The notes beneath the pieces are model-generated. The model did not search any database. It was given only the letters and a program-made list of their open reading frames with translations, and was not told the origin of the DNA. From NCBI GenBank assembly GCA_002421665.1, contig DISH01000005.1:14092-78091 (forward strand): a stretch of 64,000 nt of DNA, in the 5' to 3' direction. The translations under genes were made by a program, and so were the position numbers. Positions 8,733-18,069 of this stretch are shown piece by piece. Position 1 is the stretch's first letter; each line of letters starts with the position of its first letter. This DNA comes from Candidatus Omnitrophica bacterium UBA6215. GTDB taxonomy: Bacteria > Omnitrophota > Gorgyraeia > Pluralincolimonadales > Pluralincolimonadaceae.

Positions 8733-8809
8733 GGGCTTATAGCTCAGTTGGTTAGAGCGCTTCCTTGACATGGAAGAGGTCAGAGGTTCGAGTCCTCTTA
8801 GGCCCACCA
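8733..8809 (+). tRNA. tRNA-Val (anticodon GAC)
   Basis: Manual cloverleaf fold: acceptor GGGCTTA/TAGGCCC, D-arm AGCTCAGTTGGTTAGAGC, anticodon stem CTTCC/GGAAG with loop TTGACAT, T-arm GGTTCGAGTCC, 3' CCA encoded. Confidence 0.9.
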
Positions 8810-8826
8810 TTTTTCTATTTTTTACT

Positions 8827-10557
8827 ATGGAACTCGATACTTTAAGGCATTCGACCTCACATGTGATGGCCCAGGCCGTAAAAAGGCTGTTTCCGGGCGT
8901 AAAACTGGCTATAGGGCCGGCTATAGAGGACGGTTTTTATTATGATTTTGACTCTCCGCAGCCGTTTTCTGAGGAAGACTTGCCCAAGATAGAAGCCGAG
9001 ATGGCCAGGATCATAAAGGAGAACCAAAAGTTCGAAAGGTCCGAGCTCGGCAAAGTTGAGGCCGTAAAGCTCTTTGAAAAGATGGGAGAGTCCTATAAGG
9101 TTGAGCTTATTAAGGATATCCCCGATGAAAAAGTATCATTGTATAAGAGCGGGGATTTTACGGACCTGTGCAAGGGTCCGCACATAGCTTCTACTGGCCA
9201 GATAAAGGCCTTCAAGCTGCTCTCCGCTACCGGCGCATATTGGCGCGGAAGCGAAAAGAATAAAATGCTGCAACGCATTTACGGCACGGCTTTTGCGACG
9301 AAAGAAGAGCTGGAGAATTACCTTAAGGCCAAGGAAGAGGCGGAAAAACGCGACCATAATAAGGTCGGCAGGATATTGGAGATCTTTACCACTCACGAAG
9401 CCGTGGGGCAAGGCCTCCCGCTCATAATGCCGAAGGGCGCCAAGATAATCCAGATACTCCAGAGGTTTGTGGAAGATGAGGAGGAGAAGAGAGGGTATCT
9501 TCTCACCAAGACGCCTTATATGGCAAAGAGCGACCTTTACAAGATATCCGGGCACTGGGATCACTACAGGGAAGGGATGTTCATAATTAACAGTAAGGAC
9601 GAAGAGATCCTTGCCTTAAGGCCCATGACATGCCCGTTCCAGTTCATGATATATAAATCCAAGACCAGGAGCTACAAGGACCTGCCCCTTAAGTACTGCG
9701 AAAATGCGGTCCTTTTCAGGAACGAAAGCTCAGGGGAGATGCACGGGCTTACCCGCGTCAGGCAGTTTACCCTGGCCGACGCGCATATCATATGCCTTCC
9801 GGAGCAACTGGAAGAAGAGTTCAAGAAGGTTCTGGACCTGATCAAGTTCGTAATGAAGACCCTTGGCATAGAGAACGAGATATGGTACAGGTTCTCAAAG
9901 TGGGACCCGGACAACAAAGAGAAATATATAGATGACCCCAAGGCCTGGGAAGAGTCACAGAAGATAATGAAGAAGATCCTCGACGATATCAAGCTTGACT
10001 ATAAAGAGGCGGACGGGGAAGCCGCTTTCTATGGGCCTAAACTTGATATTCAGTTCAAGAACGTTTACGGCAAGGAAGACACGATCTTTACCGTGCAGGT
10101 GGATTTTGCGCTGCCGGGAAGGTTCGGGATGGAATATGTAGATAAGGACGGGTCGCTAAAGACCCCGATGGTAATACACAGGTCTTCTATAGGCTGCTAC
10201 GAAAGGACCCTTGCGCTGTTGATAGAGCACTATGCCGGGGCTTTTCCGGTCTGGCTTTCTCCGGTGCAAACTGTTATAATACCGATATCCGATGAGCATA
10301 TGGCTTATGCCGAAAAAGTTGCTCAAACCCTTCGAGACAGGGACATAAGGGTAGAGATAAACGACAAAAGCGGCAGGATGCAGCATAAGATAAGGGACGC
10401 CGAGGTCCAGAAGGTGCCCTATATGCTGATAGTGGGCGCGAAAGAAGCCCAGGCGGAGAGCGTATCCGTAAGGGAGAGGAGCAAGGGAGACCTTGGTCCC
10501 ATGAAACTTGCGGATTTTGCGGACAAGATAGTCACGGAAGTAAAAGAGAAAAAATAG
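8827..10557 (+). CDS. thrS: threonyl-tRNA synthetase lacking the N-terminal TGS (N1) domain
   Basis: Starts at the N2/editing domain (HSTSHVMAQA...LAIGPAIEDGFYYDFD). Class II core and C-terminal anticodon-binding domain present. The track ORF 8770 start runs through the tRNA and is rejected. No SD before the ATG at 8827. Confidence 0.85.
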   Translation: MELDTLRHSTSHVMAQAVKRLFPGVKLAIGPAIEDGFYYDFDSPQPFSEEDLPKIEAEMARIIKENQKFERSELGKVEAVKLFEKMGESYKVELIKDIPDEKVSLYKSGDFTDLCKGPHIASTGQIKAFKLLSATGAYWRGSEKNKMLQRIYGTAFATKEELENYLKAKEEAEKRDHNKVGRILEIFTTHEAVGQGLPLIMPKGAKIIQILQRFVEDEEEKRGYLLTKTPYMAKSDLYKISGHWDHYREGMFIINSKDEEILALRPMTCPFQFMIYKSKTRSYKDLPLKYCENAVLFRNESSGEMHGLTRVRQFTLADAHIICLPEQLEEEFKKVLDLIKFVMKTLGIENEIWYRFSKWDPDNKEKYIDDPKAWEESQKIMKKILDDIKLDYKEADGEAAFYGPKLDIQFKNVYGKEDTIFTVQVDFALPGRFGMEYVDKDGSLKTPMVIHRSSIGCYERTLALLIEHYAGAFPVWLSPVQTVIIPISDEHMAYAEKVAQTLRDRDIRVEINDKSGRMQHKIRDAEVQKVPYMLIVGAKEAQAESVSVRERSKGDLGPMKLADFADKIVTEVKEKK

Positions 10558-10569
10558 GAGGTCACGGCA

Positions 10570-11085
10570 ATCCAGTTCCAGGCTAAGTCAATAAGGGTAA
10601 ATGACAGGATAAGGATACGCGAGGTAATGGTCATTGGCGAGGATGGTAAACAGCTGGGGGTTATGCCTCCGGAAGAAGGCCTCAAACTCGCGCAACAGGC
10701 AGGGTTGGACCTGGTGGAAATAGCTCCGATGGCAAGGCCTCCGGTCTGCAGGATAATGGACTTCTCCAAGTACAAGTATGAGCAGGAGAAGAAAGAGAAA
10801 GAGGCGAGGAAAAAACAGCACGCCACACATATCAAGGAGATCAGGCTTAAGCCCAAGATCGGGGATCACGATTACCTGGTTAAACTGGGTTTTATCAAGA
10901 AGTTCCTGGAACGTAAGGATAAAGTCAAGGTAACGCTTATTTTCAGGGGCCGTGAGATGGCTCACCCCGAGCTTGGGGATAAGGTCATAGAGCGGTTAAA
11001 AGCCGATATAGCTGAGTTCGGGCAGGTGGAGAAGCCGCCCGTTAAGGAAGGCCGCGCCGTAATAATGGTTGTAGCCCCCAAATAG
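10570..11085 (+). CDS. infC: translation initiation factor IF-3, probable non-AUG (AUC) start
   Basis: The conserved IF-3 N-terminus ...IRVNDRIRIREVMVIGEDGKQLGV lies upstream of the first ATG (10627). The frame opens after TAG at 10555-10557. In-frame ATC at 10570 sits 8 nt after an AGGAGG SD. The exact start is uncertain. Confidence 0.7.
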   Translation: MQFQAKSIRVNDRIRIREVMVIGEDGKQLGVMPPEEGLKLAQQAGLDLVEIAPMARPPVCRIMDFSKYKYEQEKKEKEARKKQHATHIKEIRLKPKIGDHDYLVKLGFIKKFLERKDKVKVTLIFRGREMAHPELGDKVIERLKADIAEFGQVEKPPVKEGRAVIMVVAPK

Positions 11086-11113
11086 ATGAAAGCAACGCAA
11101 GGAGGAAGATGAC

Positions 11114-11311
11114 ATGCCTAAGATGAAGACACGCAGGGCGACCAAGAAAAGGTTCAAGATCACAAAAAAAGGCAAAATAATGAGACGCAAAGGTGGCAAG
11201 GGCCATCTTTTGACGAACAAAACAAAGAAAAGGAAGAGATCGCTCAGGAAATCGGATCTGGTCAGTAAGAGCGACCATGAAAAGATAGCAAAGCTCTTGC
11301 CTTACGCGTAA
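11114..11311 (+). CDS. rpmI: 50S ribosomal protein L35
   Basis: MPKMKTRRATKKRFKITKKG...LLPYA is canonical L35. Confidence 0.9.
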   Translation: MPKMKTRRATKKRFKITKKGKIMRRKGGKGHLLTNKTKKRKRSLRKSDLVSKSDHEKIAKLLPYA

Positions 11312-11337
11312 TAAAGACATAGAAGGAGAACAAAGAA

Positions 11338-11691
11338 ATGCCTAAGTCGAAATATCTGCCGGCAAAAAAACAGCGCAGGAAGAAGGTCCTTAAGGCGGCA
11401 AAAGGTTATTTCCTCGGCCGCTCTAAACAATATAAGAAGGCGAGAGAGACCGTAAGAAGGGCAATGGTATATGCTTACCGCGACAGGAAAGCCCACAAGA
11501 GGGAGATGCGCGCCCTTTGGGTTGTCCGCATAAATGCGGCATGCAGGAATTGCGGTATAACCTATTCCAAGTTCATCAGCGGCTTGAAGAAGCTCAAGAT
11601 CGACCTGGACAGGAAGATCCTTGCGGACCTGGCTGCAAACGATAACCCGACATTTGTCAAGCTGGCGGAAGAAGCAGGCAAAGCCAAGTAA
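11338..11691 (+). CDS. rplT: 50S ribosomal protein L20
   Basis: [18 protein letters not shown]...AYRDRK...RINAACR...[10 protein letters not shown] matches L20. Confidence 0.9.
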   Translation: MPKSKYLPAKKQRRKKVLKAAKGYFLGRSKQYKKARETVRRAMVYAYRDRKAHKREMRALWVVRINAACRNCGITYSKFISGLKKLKIDLDRKILADLAANDNPTFVKLAEEAGKAK

Positions 11692-11694
11692 AAA

Positions 11695-12708
11695 ATGATC
11701 GAGAAGATCAAGGCCATTGAAGACGCGGCGGGCGCCGAGATCAAGGCGTCTGCCGACGTAAAGACACTCGATGATCTCAGGACCAAATACCTCGGAAGAA
11801 AAGGCCTCGTCACCGAGTTGTTGGGCCAGATTGCGTCGTTGCCTGCCGAAGAGAAGCCGCACATGGGCAAGGAGCTCAATGCCCTAAAATCCCGCATAGA
11901 AGAAGTTTTCAAGGCAAGACAGGCGGAGATCGCTAAGTCCCCAGTTTTGCCTAAGGACCACTCCGATCTTACCTTACCGGGGTTCAGGCCCCTTTCGGGC
12001 ACAAAACATCCTATTACCAAGACTATAGATGAAGTCCTTTTGACTTTCCTCGGGATGGGGTTCAAGGTAGTCGAAGGTCCTGAGATAGAAACGGAATTTT
12101 ATAATTTCGAGGCGCTAAATATAGCGCTTGACCATCCTTCGCGTGATGCTTTCGATACATTCTACGTCAGGGACCGTTACCTGCTTCGAAGCCATACTTC
12201 GCCTATGCAGGTCAGGTTCATGGAAACCGAGAACCCGCCTTTCAAGATAGTTGTTCCCGGGAAGGTGTACCGTCCGGATGCGGTAGACGCTTCGCATTCT
12301 TTCATGTTCCATCAGGTCGAAGGGCTTGTGGTAGGCGAAGACGTCACGTTCGCGGACCTGAAAGGTACCCTTAGCATGTTCATAAGAAGTTATTTTGGCG
12401 CCGGTACAAAAGTGAGGTTCAGGCCGCATCATTTCCCGTTCACCGAACCGAGCGCCGAGGTCGATGTATCCTGTTTTATATGCGGGGGCAAAGGATGCAG
12501 CGTCTGCGGCAGAAAGGGTTGGCTTGAAATACTCGGGTGCGGCATGGTGCATCCCAACGTATTCAAGGCCGTAAAATATGCTCCCGGCAAATACACTGGT
12601 TTTGCCTTCGGTATGGGGATCGATCGCATCACCATGCTTAAATACGGCATAAACGATATGAGGCTTTTATTCGAGAATGACATGCGGTTCCTGGAGCAGT
12701 TCAAATGA
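11695..12708 (+). CDS. pheS: phenylalanyl-tRNA synthetase alpha subunit
   Basis: FNFEALNIALDHPSRDAFDTFYV and class II motifs. Confidence 0.9.
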   Translation: MIEKIKAIEDAAGAEIKASADVKTLDDLRTKYLGRKGLVTELLGQIASLPAEEKPHMGKELNALKSRIEEVFKARQAEIAKSPVLPKDHSDLTLPGFRPLSGTKHPITKTIDEVLLTFLGMGFKVVEGPEIETEFYNFEALNIALDHPSRDAFDTFYVRDRYLLRSHTSPMQVRFMETENPPFKIVVPGKVYRPDAVDASHSFMFHQVEGLVVGEDVTFADLKGTLSMFIRSYFGAGTKVRFRPHHFPFTEPSAEVDVSCFICGGKGCSVCGRKGWLEILGCGMVHPNVFKAVKYAPGKYTGFAFGMGIDRITMLKYGINDMRLLFENDMRFLEQFK

Positions 12709-14750
12709 AGGTATCCTATAACTGGCTCAGGGATTACGTTCCCGTCAAGGTTTCCCCTTCTGAGATTGCCGACAAACTTACGATGGCAGGTTTGGAGGTC
12801 AAGGGTATCGAGCGGAATGGCGGAGATTCTGTTTACGAGATAGAAATAACCTCGAACAGGCCCGACTGGCTCTGCCTTCTCGGGATAGCTCACGAGATAC
12901 AGGCGCTCTATGACCTTAAGCTGAAGGTTCCGAAGAGCGTCCTCAGAAAATCCGCAAAAACGCCGAGACCTTCGATAACCGTTGAAGACAAAAAAGGCTG
13001 CCCGAGGTACGTGGGTGCCGTTATTGACGGCGTGAATATTGCTTTATCTGATGCGGGTATCGCCAGCAAGATCGAGAGCATAGGAATGAGGCAGGTCAAT
13101 AACGCCGCGGATATCACGAATTTCTGCATGATGGAGAACGGCCAACCCCTGCATGCGTTCGATCTCGATAAGCTTGAAGGCGGAAAGATAATCGTCCGCA
13201 GGGCCAGGAAAGGTGAAGAGATAGTTACGATCGACGGAGCGAAACGCTCCCTCGACGAAAATATACTGGTGATAGCCGACGCAAAAAAGCCGGTAGCGAT
13301 AGCCGGGATCATGGGCGGCAAGAATACCGAGGTAGGGTTTTCTACAAAGAGGATACTGCTCGAGAGCGCATATTTTGACCCGGTACTGATACGCCGCGGG
13401 GCAAGGCAACTCGGGATTTCTACCGAGGCCTCGTATAGGTTCGAGAGGAATGTAGATATCGGCGGATGCCTGAAAGCGGCGGAGAGGGCTGCCGCTATGA
13501 TCATGCAGGCATGCAAAGCTTCGTCGGTTTCGCTTTTTTCTGATTCATCATCCAAGAAGCAGAAAGCTATAAAGATCAAGTTAAACGTTGCAAGGGCCAA
13601 TAAGGTCCTGGGGACCTCTATCCCCGCCCAGGGGTGTGCAACAATACTCAAAGGCCTGGGACTTGGAGTAAAGCTTTCAGGTAAAGATGTGTTGTCAGTT
13701 TCAGTGCCTTCGTTCAGGAGGGACCTTAAGGCCGAGATAGACCTGGTCGAAGAGATAGCGAGGATATACGGCTATGATAATATACCGGAAACGATATCCA
13801 GGATACAGATTTGGGGCAAAGGAAGCCAGAAGGGCCGCGACAGGATCATAGAGGAAGCCGCCAGGGACCTGCTTACCGGAGCAGGTCTTAATGAGGTCAT
13901 AACCTATTCTTTAAGGTGCAAAGACCCGTATGTCCAAAAAGCCCTGGGCATACGCGACGAGGATGTATTAAAGGTCCAGAACCCCCTAAGTTCTGAATCC
14001 GAGGCTCTCAGGTCCGTGCTGCTGTGCGGGATGCTCGATGTCGTCTCGTATAACGTAAACAGGAAAGTGCAGGATGTCAGGATATTCGAACTCGGCAAGT
14101 CGTATTCATGCGACGGCGATATTCCCTGTGAAAGCGGCGTATTGGCAATGGCCGTCTGCGGCATGAAAAGGAAAGACTGGAACAAAAAAGAGGCCTTCGA
14201 TATTTTTGACATCAAAGGCATAATAGAGTCCCTTTTTGCCAGGCTGGGCATAAACGGCTATTCCTTTGATGTTAAACCGCTGCCTTTGCTTTCTCCGGCG
14301 GCCTCAGCCGTGGTGACCGTCGACGGGAAGCAGGCCGGAACGATAGGAAGGGTAGATAAAGCCCTTCTTGATAAATTTGATATAAAGACCGCCGTGTTTG
14401 TCAGCGAGCTAAGTCTCCCCGTAGTTTATGCCGCCGCAAACATGGAGAGGAAATTCATGGGCCTGCCAAAGTTCCCTTCAGCGGTGCGTGATATATCGCT
14501 TATAGTAGATGACAAGGCAACTAATTCGGATATAGTGAGCATCATAAGACAGATATGCGGAGAGCTTGCCATTAACGTGACCCCGTTCGATCTTTATCGC
14601 GGCGAACAGGTGCCAAAGGGATATAAGAGTATCCTGTATTCCGTGGAGTACAGGGCCGGAGACAGGACCCTTACCGACGAGGAAGTCAATTCCCTTGACG
14701 GGAAAGTCCGCGAGGAGCTGGTACGTAAGTTTGGAGCCAAGATACGTTAA
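12705..14750 (+). CDS. pheT: phenylalanyl-tRNA synthetase beta subunit (short form, 681 aa)
   Basis: MKVSYNWLRDYV...MAGLEVKGIE N-terminus, B3/4 and B5 regions, C-terminal FDX-ACB-like segment. Overlaps pheS by 4 nt. Confidence 0.9.
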   Translation: MKVSYNWLRDYVPVKVSPSEIADKLTMAGLEVKGIERNGGDSVYEIEITSNRPDWLCLLGIAHEIQALYDLKLKVPKSVLRKSAKTPRPSITVEDKKGCPRYVGAVIDGVNIALSDAGIASKIESIGMRQVNNAADITNFCMMENGQPLHAFDLDKLEGGKIIVRRARKGEEIVTIDGAKRSLDENILVIADAKKPVAIAGIMGGKNTEVGFSTKRILLESAYFDPVLIRRGARQLGISTEASYRFERNVDIGGCLKAAERAAAMIMQACKASSVSLFSDSSSKKQKAIKIKLNVARANKVLGTSIPAQGCATILKGLGLGVKLSGKDVLSVSVPSFRRDLKAEIDLVEEIARIYGYDNIPETISRIQIWGKGSQKGRDRIIEEAARDLLTGAGLNEVITYSLRCKDPYVQKALGIRDEDVLKVQNPLSSESEALRSVLLCGMLDVVSYNVNRKVQDVRIFELGKSYSCDGDIPCESGVLAMAVCGMKRKDWNKKEAFDIFDIKGIIESLFARLGINGYSFDVKPLPLLSPAASAVVTVDGKQAGTIGRVDKALLDKFDIKTAVFVSELSLPVVYAAANMERKFMGLPKFPSAVRDISLIVDDKATNSDIVSIIRQICGELAINVTPFDLYRGEQVPKGYKSILYSVEYRAGDRTLTDEEVNSLDGKVREELVRKFGAKIR

Positions 14751-14761
14751 GATATTCAAAG

Positions 14762-14965
14762 ATTTTCCTGCTGTGCTCGATCTGTCACGGTGTATTTTGA
14801 GCCAACACCAAAATACATAGGGAGCCCGGCCTTAATTGCGGATTGCAGGCCCCGGTCACCGGGGAGCATGAAGCCTTTAACAGGGCACCCACCTTAGCGA
14901 AAGCTCAGGTTCAAAAATTATCGGGATGGAACGGCACAGCGGGAGCAGATTTTAATCTGTCTATC
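14762..14965 (+). ncRNA. candidate structured RNA or structured leader in the GC-rich pheT-rarA intergenic region (identity unknown)
   Basis: 231-bp non-coding gap, markedly more GC-rich than its flanks, with four hairpins. These are a 9-bp stem TGTATTTTG/CAAAATACA (14793-14819), CCCCGG-TCA-CCGGGG (14850-14864), a GAAA-tetraloop hairpin ACCTTAGC-GAAA-GCTCAGGT (14891-14910) and CAGAT-TTTAA-ATCTG (14946-14959). There is also a possible long-range 7-bp helix GCTGTGC/GCACAGC (14770-14776 with 14934-14940). Confidence 0.25.
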
Positions 14966-14981
14966 AGAGGAAGTTAAAGCC

Positions 14982-16316
14982 ATGCCCGATACCTCTCAAA
15001 GCAAAGACCTCTTCGAAAAGAAAAGCCGCTCCTCTAAAACAGAACCCCTATCCTCGAGGATGCGTCCACGCAGCCTGAAAGAGTTTGTAGGCCAGCCGCA
15101 CATAATAGGTCCGGGAAAACTGCTTACCAGGGCGATCGAATCCGATACCATAACCTCTCTTATACTTTACGGTCCCCCGGGGACCGGCAAAACCACCCTC
15201 GCGCATGTTGTATCCAATGCTACAAAGGGAGATTTCGTCCAGCTCAACGCTACTACATCTAATGTCCAGGAGCTCAGGAAGGAGATAGAGGCAGCCAAAC
15301 AGCGCAAGGCGATCTACGGCAGGAAGACGATACTTTTCGTTGATGAGATACACAGGTTCAATAAGGCCCAGCAGGACGTGCTCATGCCGGATGTCGAGGC
15401 GGGGACGGTTGTCCTTATCGGCGCGACGACGCATAACCCTTTCTTCTCGATCATAGCGCCTCTTATCTCAAGGTCGCTTGTATTCGAACTGAAACCCCTG
15501 ACTTCTGCGGACATTTCAGTTATACTCAATAATGCGCTTAGGGACAAGGAACGCGGCCTGGGTAATATGCCAGTAAAACTTTCGAAAGATGCCGCTGCTT
15601 TCCTGTCCAAGCTTTCGGAAGGGGACGGCAGGCGCGCCCTGAACGCATTGGAATTGGCGGCCTTGACCACGATTGTCTCAAAGGACGGTTCTATAGATAT
15701 AAGCCTTAAAGTCGCGGAAGAATGTATACAAAAAAAGGCGGTAGTCTACGACAGGGACGAAGACGGCCATTATGATACGATATCAGCTTTTATTAAATCG
15801 ATGCGCGGCAGCGACCCCGATGCCGTCCTTTACTGGTTGGCCAAGATGATCTATGCCGGGGAAGACCCGAGGTTTATCGCCAGGAGGATAGTTATCTGTG
15901 CGGCAGAGGACGTCGGGCTCGCCGATCCGCAGGCCATTGTTGTGGCCAACGCGGCAATGCAGGTATCGGAGTTTGTTGGCCTTCCCGAGGCCCGGATCCC
16001 GCTCGCCGAGGCGGCCGTATATATAGCGTGCGCCCCGAAGTCGAATTCGGCATATCTCGGGATAGATAAGGCCTTAAAAGATGTCGAAGAAGGCAGGGTG
16101 ATGGAAGTGCCCGACCACCTCAAAGACGCTTCACTCGATTCGAAAGACCTCGGACACGGCAAGGGTTATAAATACGCTCACGATTTCGAGGAACATTTCG
16201 TCAAACAGGATTATATACCGGTAAAAACGGTATATTACGAACCCGGCGATATAGGTTTCGAGAAACAGCTTAAAGAACGGATAGAAAGGTTATGGAAGAA
16301 AAAGCAAGAGCGATAG
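14982..16316 (+). CDS. rarA: replication-associated recombination protein A (AAA+ ATPase RarA/MgsA)
   Basis: Walker A LYGPPGTGKTTLA and the C-terminal MgsA helical domain (WLAKMIYAGEDPRFIARR). Confidence 0.9.
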   Translation: MPDTSQSKDLFEKKSRSSKTEPLSSRMRPRSLKEFVGQPHIIGPGKLLTRAIESDTITSLILYGPPGTGKTTLAHVVSNATKGDFVQLNATTSNVQELRKEIEAAKQRKAIYGRKTILFVDEIHRFNKAQQDVLMPDVEAGTVVLIGATTHNPFFSIIAPLISRSLVFELKPLTSADISVILNNALRDKERGLGNMPVKLSKDAAAFLSKLSEGDGRRALNALELAALTTIVSKDGSIDISLKVAEECIQKKAVVYDRDEDGHYDTISAFIKSMRGSDPDAVLYWLAKMIYAGEDPRFIARRIVICAAEDVGLADPQAIVVANAAMQVSEFVGLPEARIPLAEAAVYIACAPKSNSAYLGIDKALKDVEEGRVMEVPDHLKDASLDSKDLGHGKGYKYAHDFEEHFVKQDYIPVKTVYYEPGDIGFEKQLKERIERLWKKKQER

Positions 16317-17302
16317 GCCTGTTCAGCGGAGGCCTGGATTCCATAATTGCCGCCAGTCTCGTAATGGAGCAGGGCATAGAAGTGGAGCTTGTTAATTTTA
16401 CCACGGTGTTTTTTGACAGGGCCTTCAAGGAATCGGTAATGGCTTCCGCTCAAAAAGCCGCGGATGGTATAGGCAAGCCCTTGACCGTTATAGACCTTTC
16501 GGCCGAATTTTTCAGCGTATTGAAGGACCCTGCCTACGGTTACGGAAGCGCGATGAATCCGTGTATAGACTGCAGGATATTCATGCTGAAGAAGGCGAAA
16601 GGATACATGGCCGAGAGGGGCGCGTCTTTTGTGTTCACGGGGGAAGTCCTCGGGCAGAGGCCTTTTTCGCAAAGAAGGGACGCTATGAGGATCATCGAAC
16701 GGGAATCCGGGCTGAAGGGGTTTCTATTGAGACCGCTTTCGGCCAGGCTCATGTCTCCGACGGTGGCGGAAGAGAAAGGTATCATCGACAGGTCAAAGTT
16801 ACTATCGATGTCCGGGAGGTCCAGAAAACCCCAGATGGCCCTTGCGAAGCGTTTCGGGATAGAAGAGTATCCTGCCTCAGGCGGAGGATGTGTGTTGACG
16901 GAAAAAGAATTTGCCGTGAAACTCCGCGATCTTATGAAGCACGAACCGGATTTTGATGCCGGTGATATCGAGTTATTAAAGCATGGCAGGCATTTCAGGA
17001 TATCCCCGGCCTCAAAACTTGTCGTGGGCAGGGATGCGCAGGAAAACTACAGGATCGCCTCCCTCGCGAGGAAGGACGACGTGATGTTCCATGCCCGGGA
17101 CCCATTGGGTCCGGTCTGCCTGTTGAGGGGATCGGATCCCGGAAGCACCTTCGAAGAAGCCATGTCCATCCTGGCCAGGTACGCGCTTGGCAAGGGGAAT
17201 GAGGGAACTGCCAGTATCAGGTGTTTTTCCTGCCGCGGGGAAGAGAGATTTCTGAGCGCACGGCCCTGTAAAGAATCGTTTGTCGAGGACAAGAGGATAT
17301 AA
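16292..17302 (+). CDS. PP-loop (SGGxDS) ATP pyrophosphatase family protein, MnmA/ThiI-like putative tRNA thiolation enzyme
   Basis: LFSGGLDS P-loop, then NPCIDCR (compare the MnmA NPxxxC region). Overlaps the rarA 3' end by 25 nt. Exact family not resolvable by eye. Confidence 0.55.
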   Translation: MEEKARAIGLFSGGLDSIIAASLVMEQGIEVELVNFTTVFFDRAFKESVMASAQKAADGIGKPLTVIDLSAEFFSVLKDPAYGYGSAMNPCIDCRIFMLKKAKGYMAERGASFVFTGEVLGQRPFSQRRDAMRIIERESGLKGFLLRPLSARLMSPTVAEEKGIIDRSKLLSMSGRSRKPQMALAKRFGIEEYPASGGGCVLTEKEFAVKLRDLMKHEPDFDAGDIELLKHGRHFRISPASKLVVGRDAQENYRIASLARKDDVMFHARDPLGPVCLLRGSDPGSTFEEAMSILARYALGKGNEGTASIRCFSCRGEERFLSARPCKESFVEDKRI

Positions 17303-17304
17303 AT

Positions 17305-18036
17305 ATGGAAAGCGGTCAAACAGCCGTAACTGTGGCGGCGGCTTTTTTCGCCGGGTTCCTGTCGTTTCTTTCCCCGTGCGTCCTGCCGTTGCTGCCCTCC
17401 TACCTGTCGTACATAACCGGCGTCACTTTCAGCGAGCTTACACAGGAATTCCCGCAAAGGAGGGTCCGCATGCTTACGCTTACCCATTCTATCCTTTTCA
17501 TAGCGGGGTTTACGGCCGTCTTCGTCCTTTTAGGGATGTCGCTTAACTTCCTGGGAGGATTCCTGCCCCAAAATAAGGTCTTGATAAGGAAAATTGGAGG
17601 CGCGGCGGTCGTTTTTTTCGGGCTTTTCATAGCGGGGATCGTCAACCCGGGCTTCATGCAGAAAGAGAAGAAAGTCGAATTGCGGTCTAAACCCGCAGGA
17701 TATGCCGGGTCTTTGCTTGTTGGAGCGGTATTTGCCGTAGGATGGACCCCTTGCGTAGGACCGATATTGGCCTCCATACTGGTGCTTAGTTCCGCCTCCG
17801 ACGGCGCGGGCAGGGGAGGTTTATTGTTGCTTGCCTATTCCCTGGGTTTGGGATTGCCGTTCCTTATATCCGGGCTGCTTATCAACAATTTCCTGTCGTA
17901 TTTTAAGGTAATAAAGAGGCATTTTAAAGTTGTGTCCGTAATAAGCGGTATTTTTCTAATTGCAATAGGGATAATGATTTTCACCAATTCGTTCGGGCGC
18001 TTTACGGGGCTGCTCGAAGGGCTGTTTTCCCCTTGA
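17305..18036 (+). CDS. ccdA: cytochrome c-type biogenesis / thiol-disulfide transporter CcdA (DsbD-like)
   Basis: Six TM helices. Conserved Cys in LSFLSPCVLPLLPSY and a second Cys in WTPCVGPIL. Confidence 0.8.
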   Translation: MESGQTAVTVAAAFFAGFLSFLSPCVLPLLPSYLSYITGVTFSELTQEFPQRRVRMLTLTHSILFIAGFTAVFVLLGMSLNFLGGFLPQNKVLIRKIGGAAVVFFGLFIAGIVNPGFMQKEKKVELRSKPAGYAGSLLVGAVFAVGWTPCVGPILASILVLSSASDGAGRGGLLLLAYSLGLGLPFLISGLLINNFLSYFKVIKRHFKVVSVISGIFLIAIGIMIFTNSFGRFTGLLEGLFSP

Positions 18037-18069
18037 CTAAAAGCCGTTTTAACTTATAATAGATAACAG

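Noticed and set aside
8770-8826. Upstream extension of the thrS ORF (track start 8770)
   Set aside because: It would translate through the 3' half of tRNA-Val. The conserved ThrS sequence begins at M(8827).
14751-14981. Specific identity of the pheT-rarA structured element as RNase P RNA, SRP RNA or tmRNA
   Set aside because: The region is too short for RNase P or tmRNA. It lacks the SRP domain IV GGAA/AGCAG motif. A partial resemblance to the RNase P P4 sequence (CCGGGCTCC) exists only on the reverse strand and is incomplete. It is retained only as a generic structured-RNA candidate.
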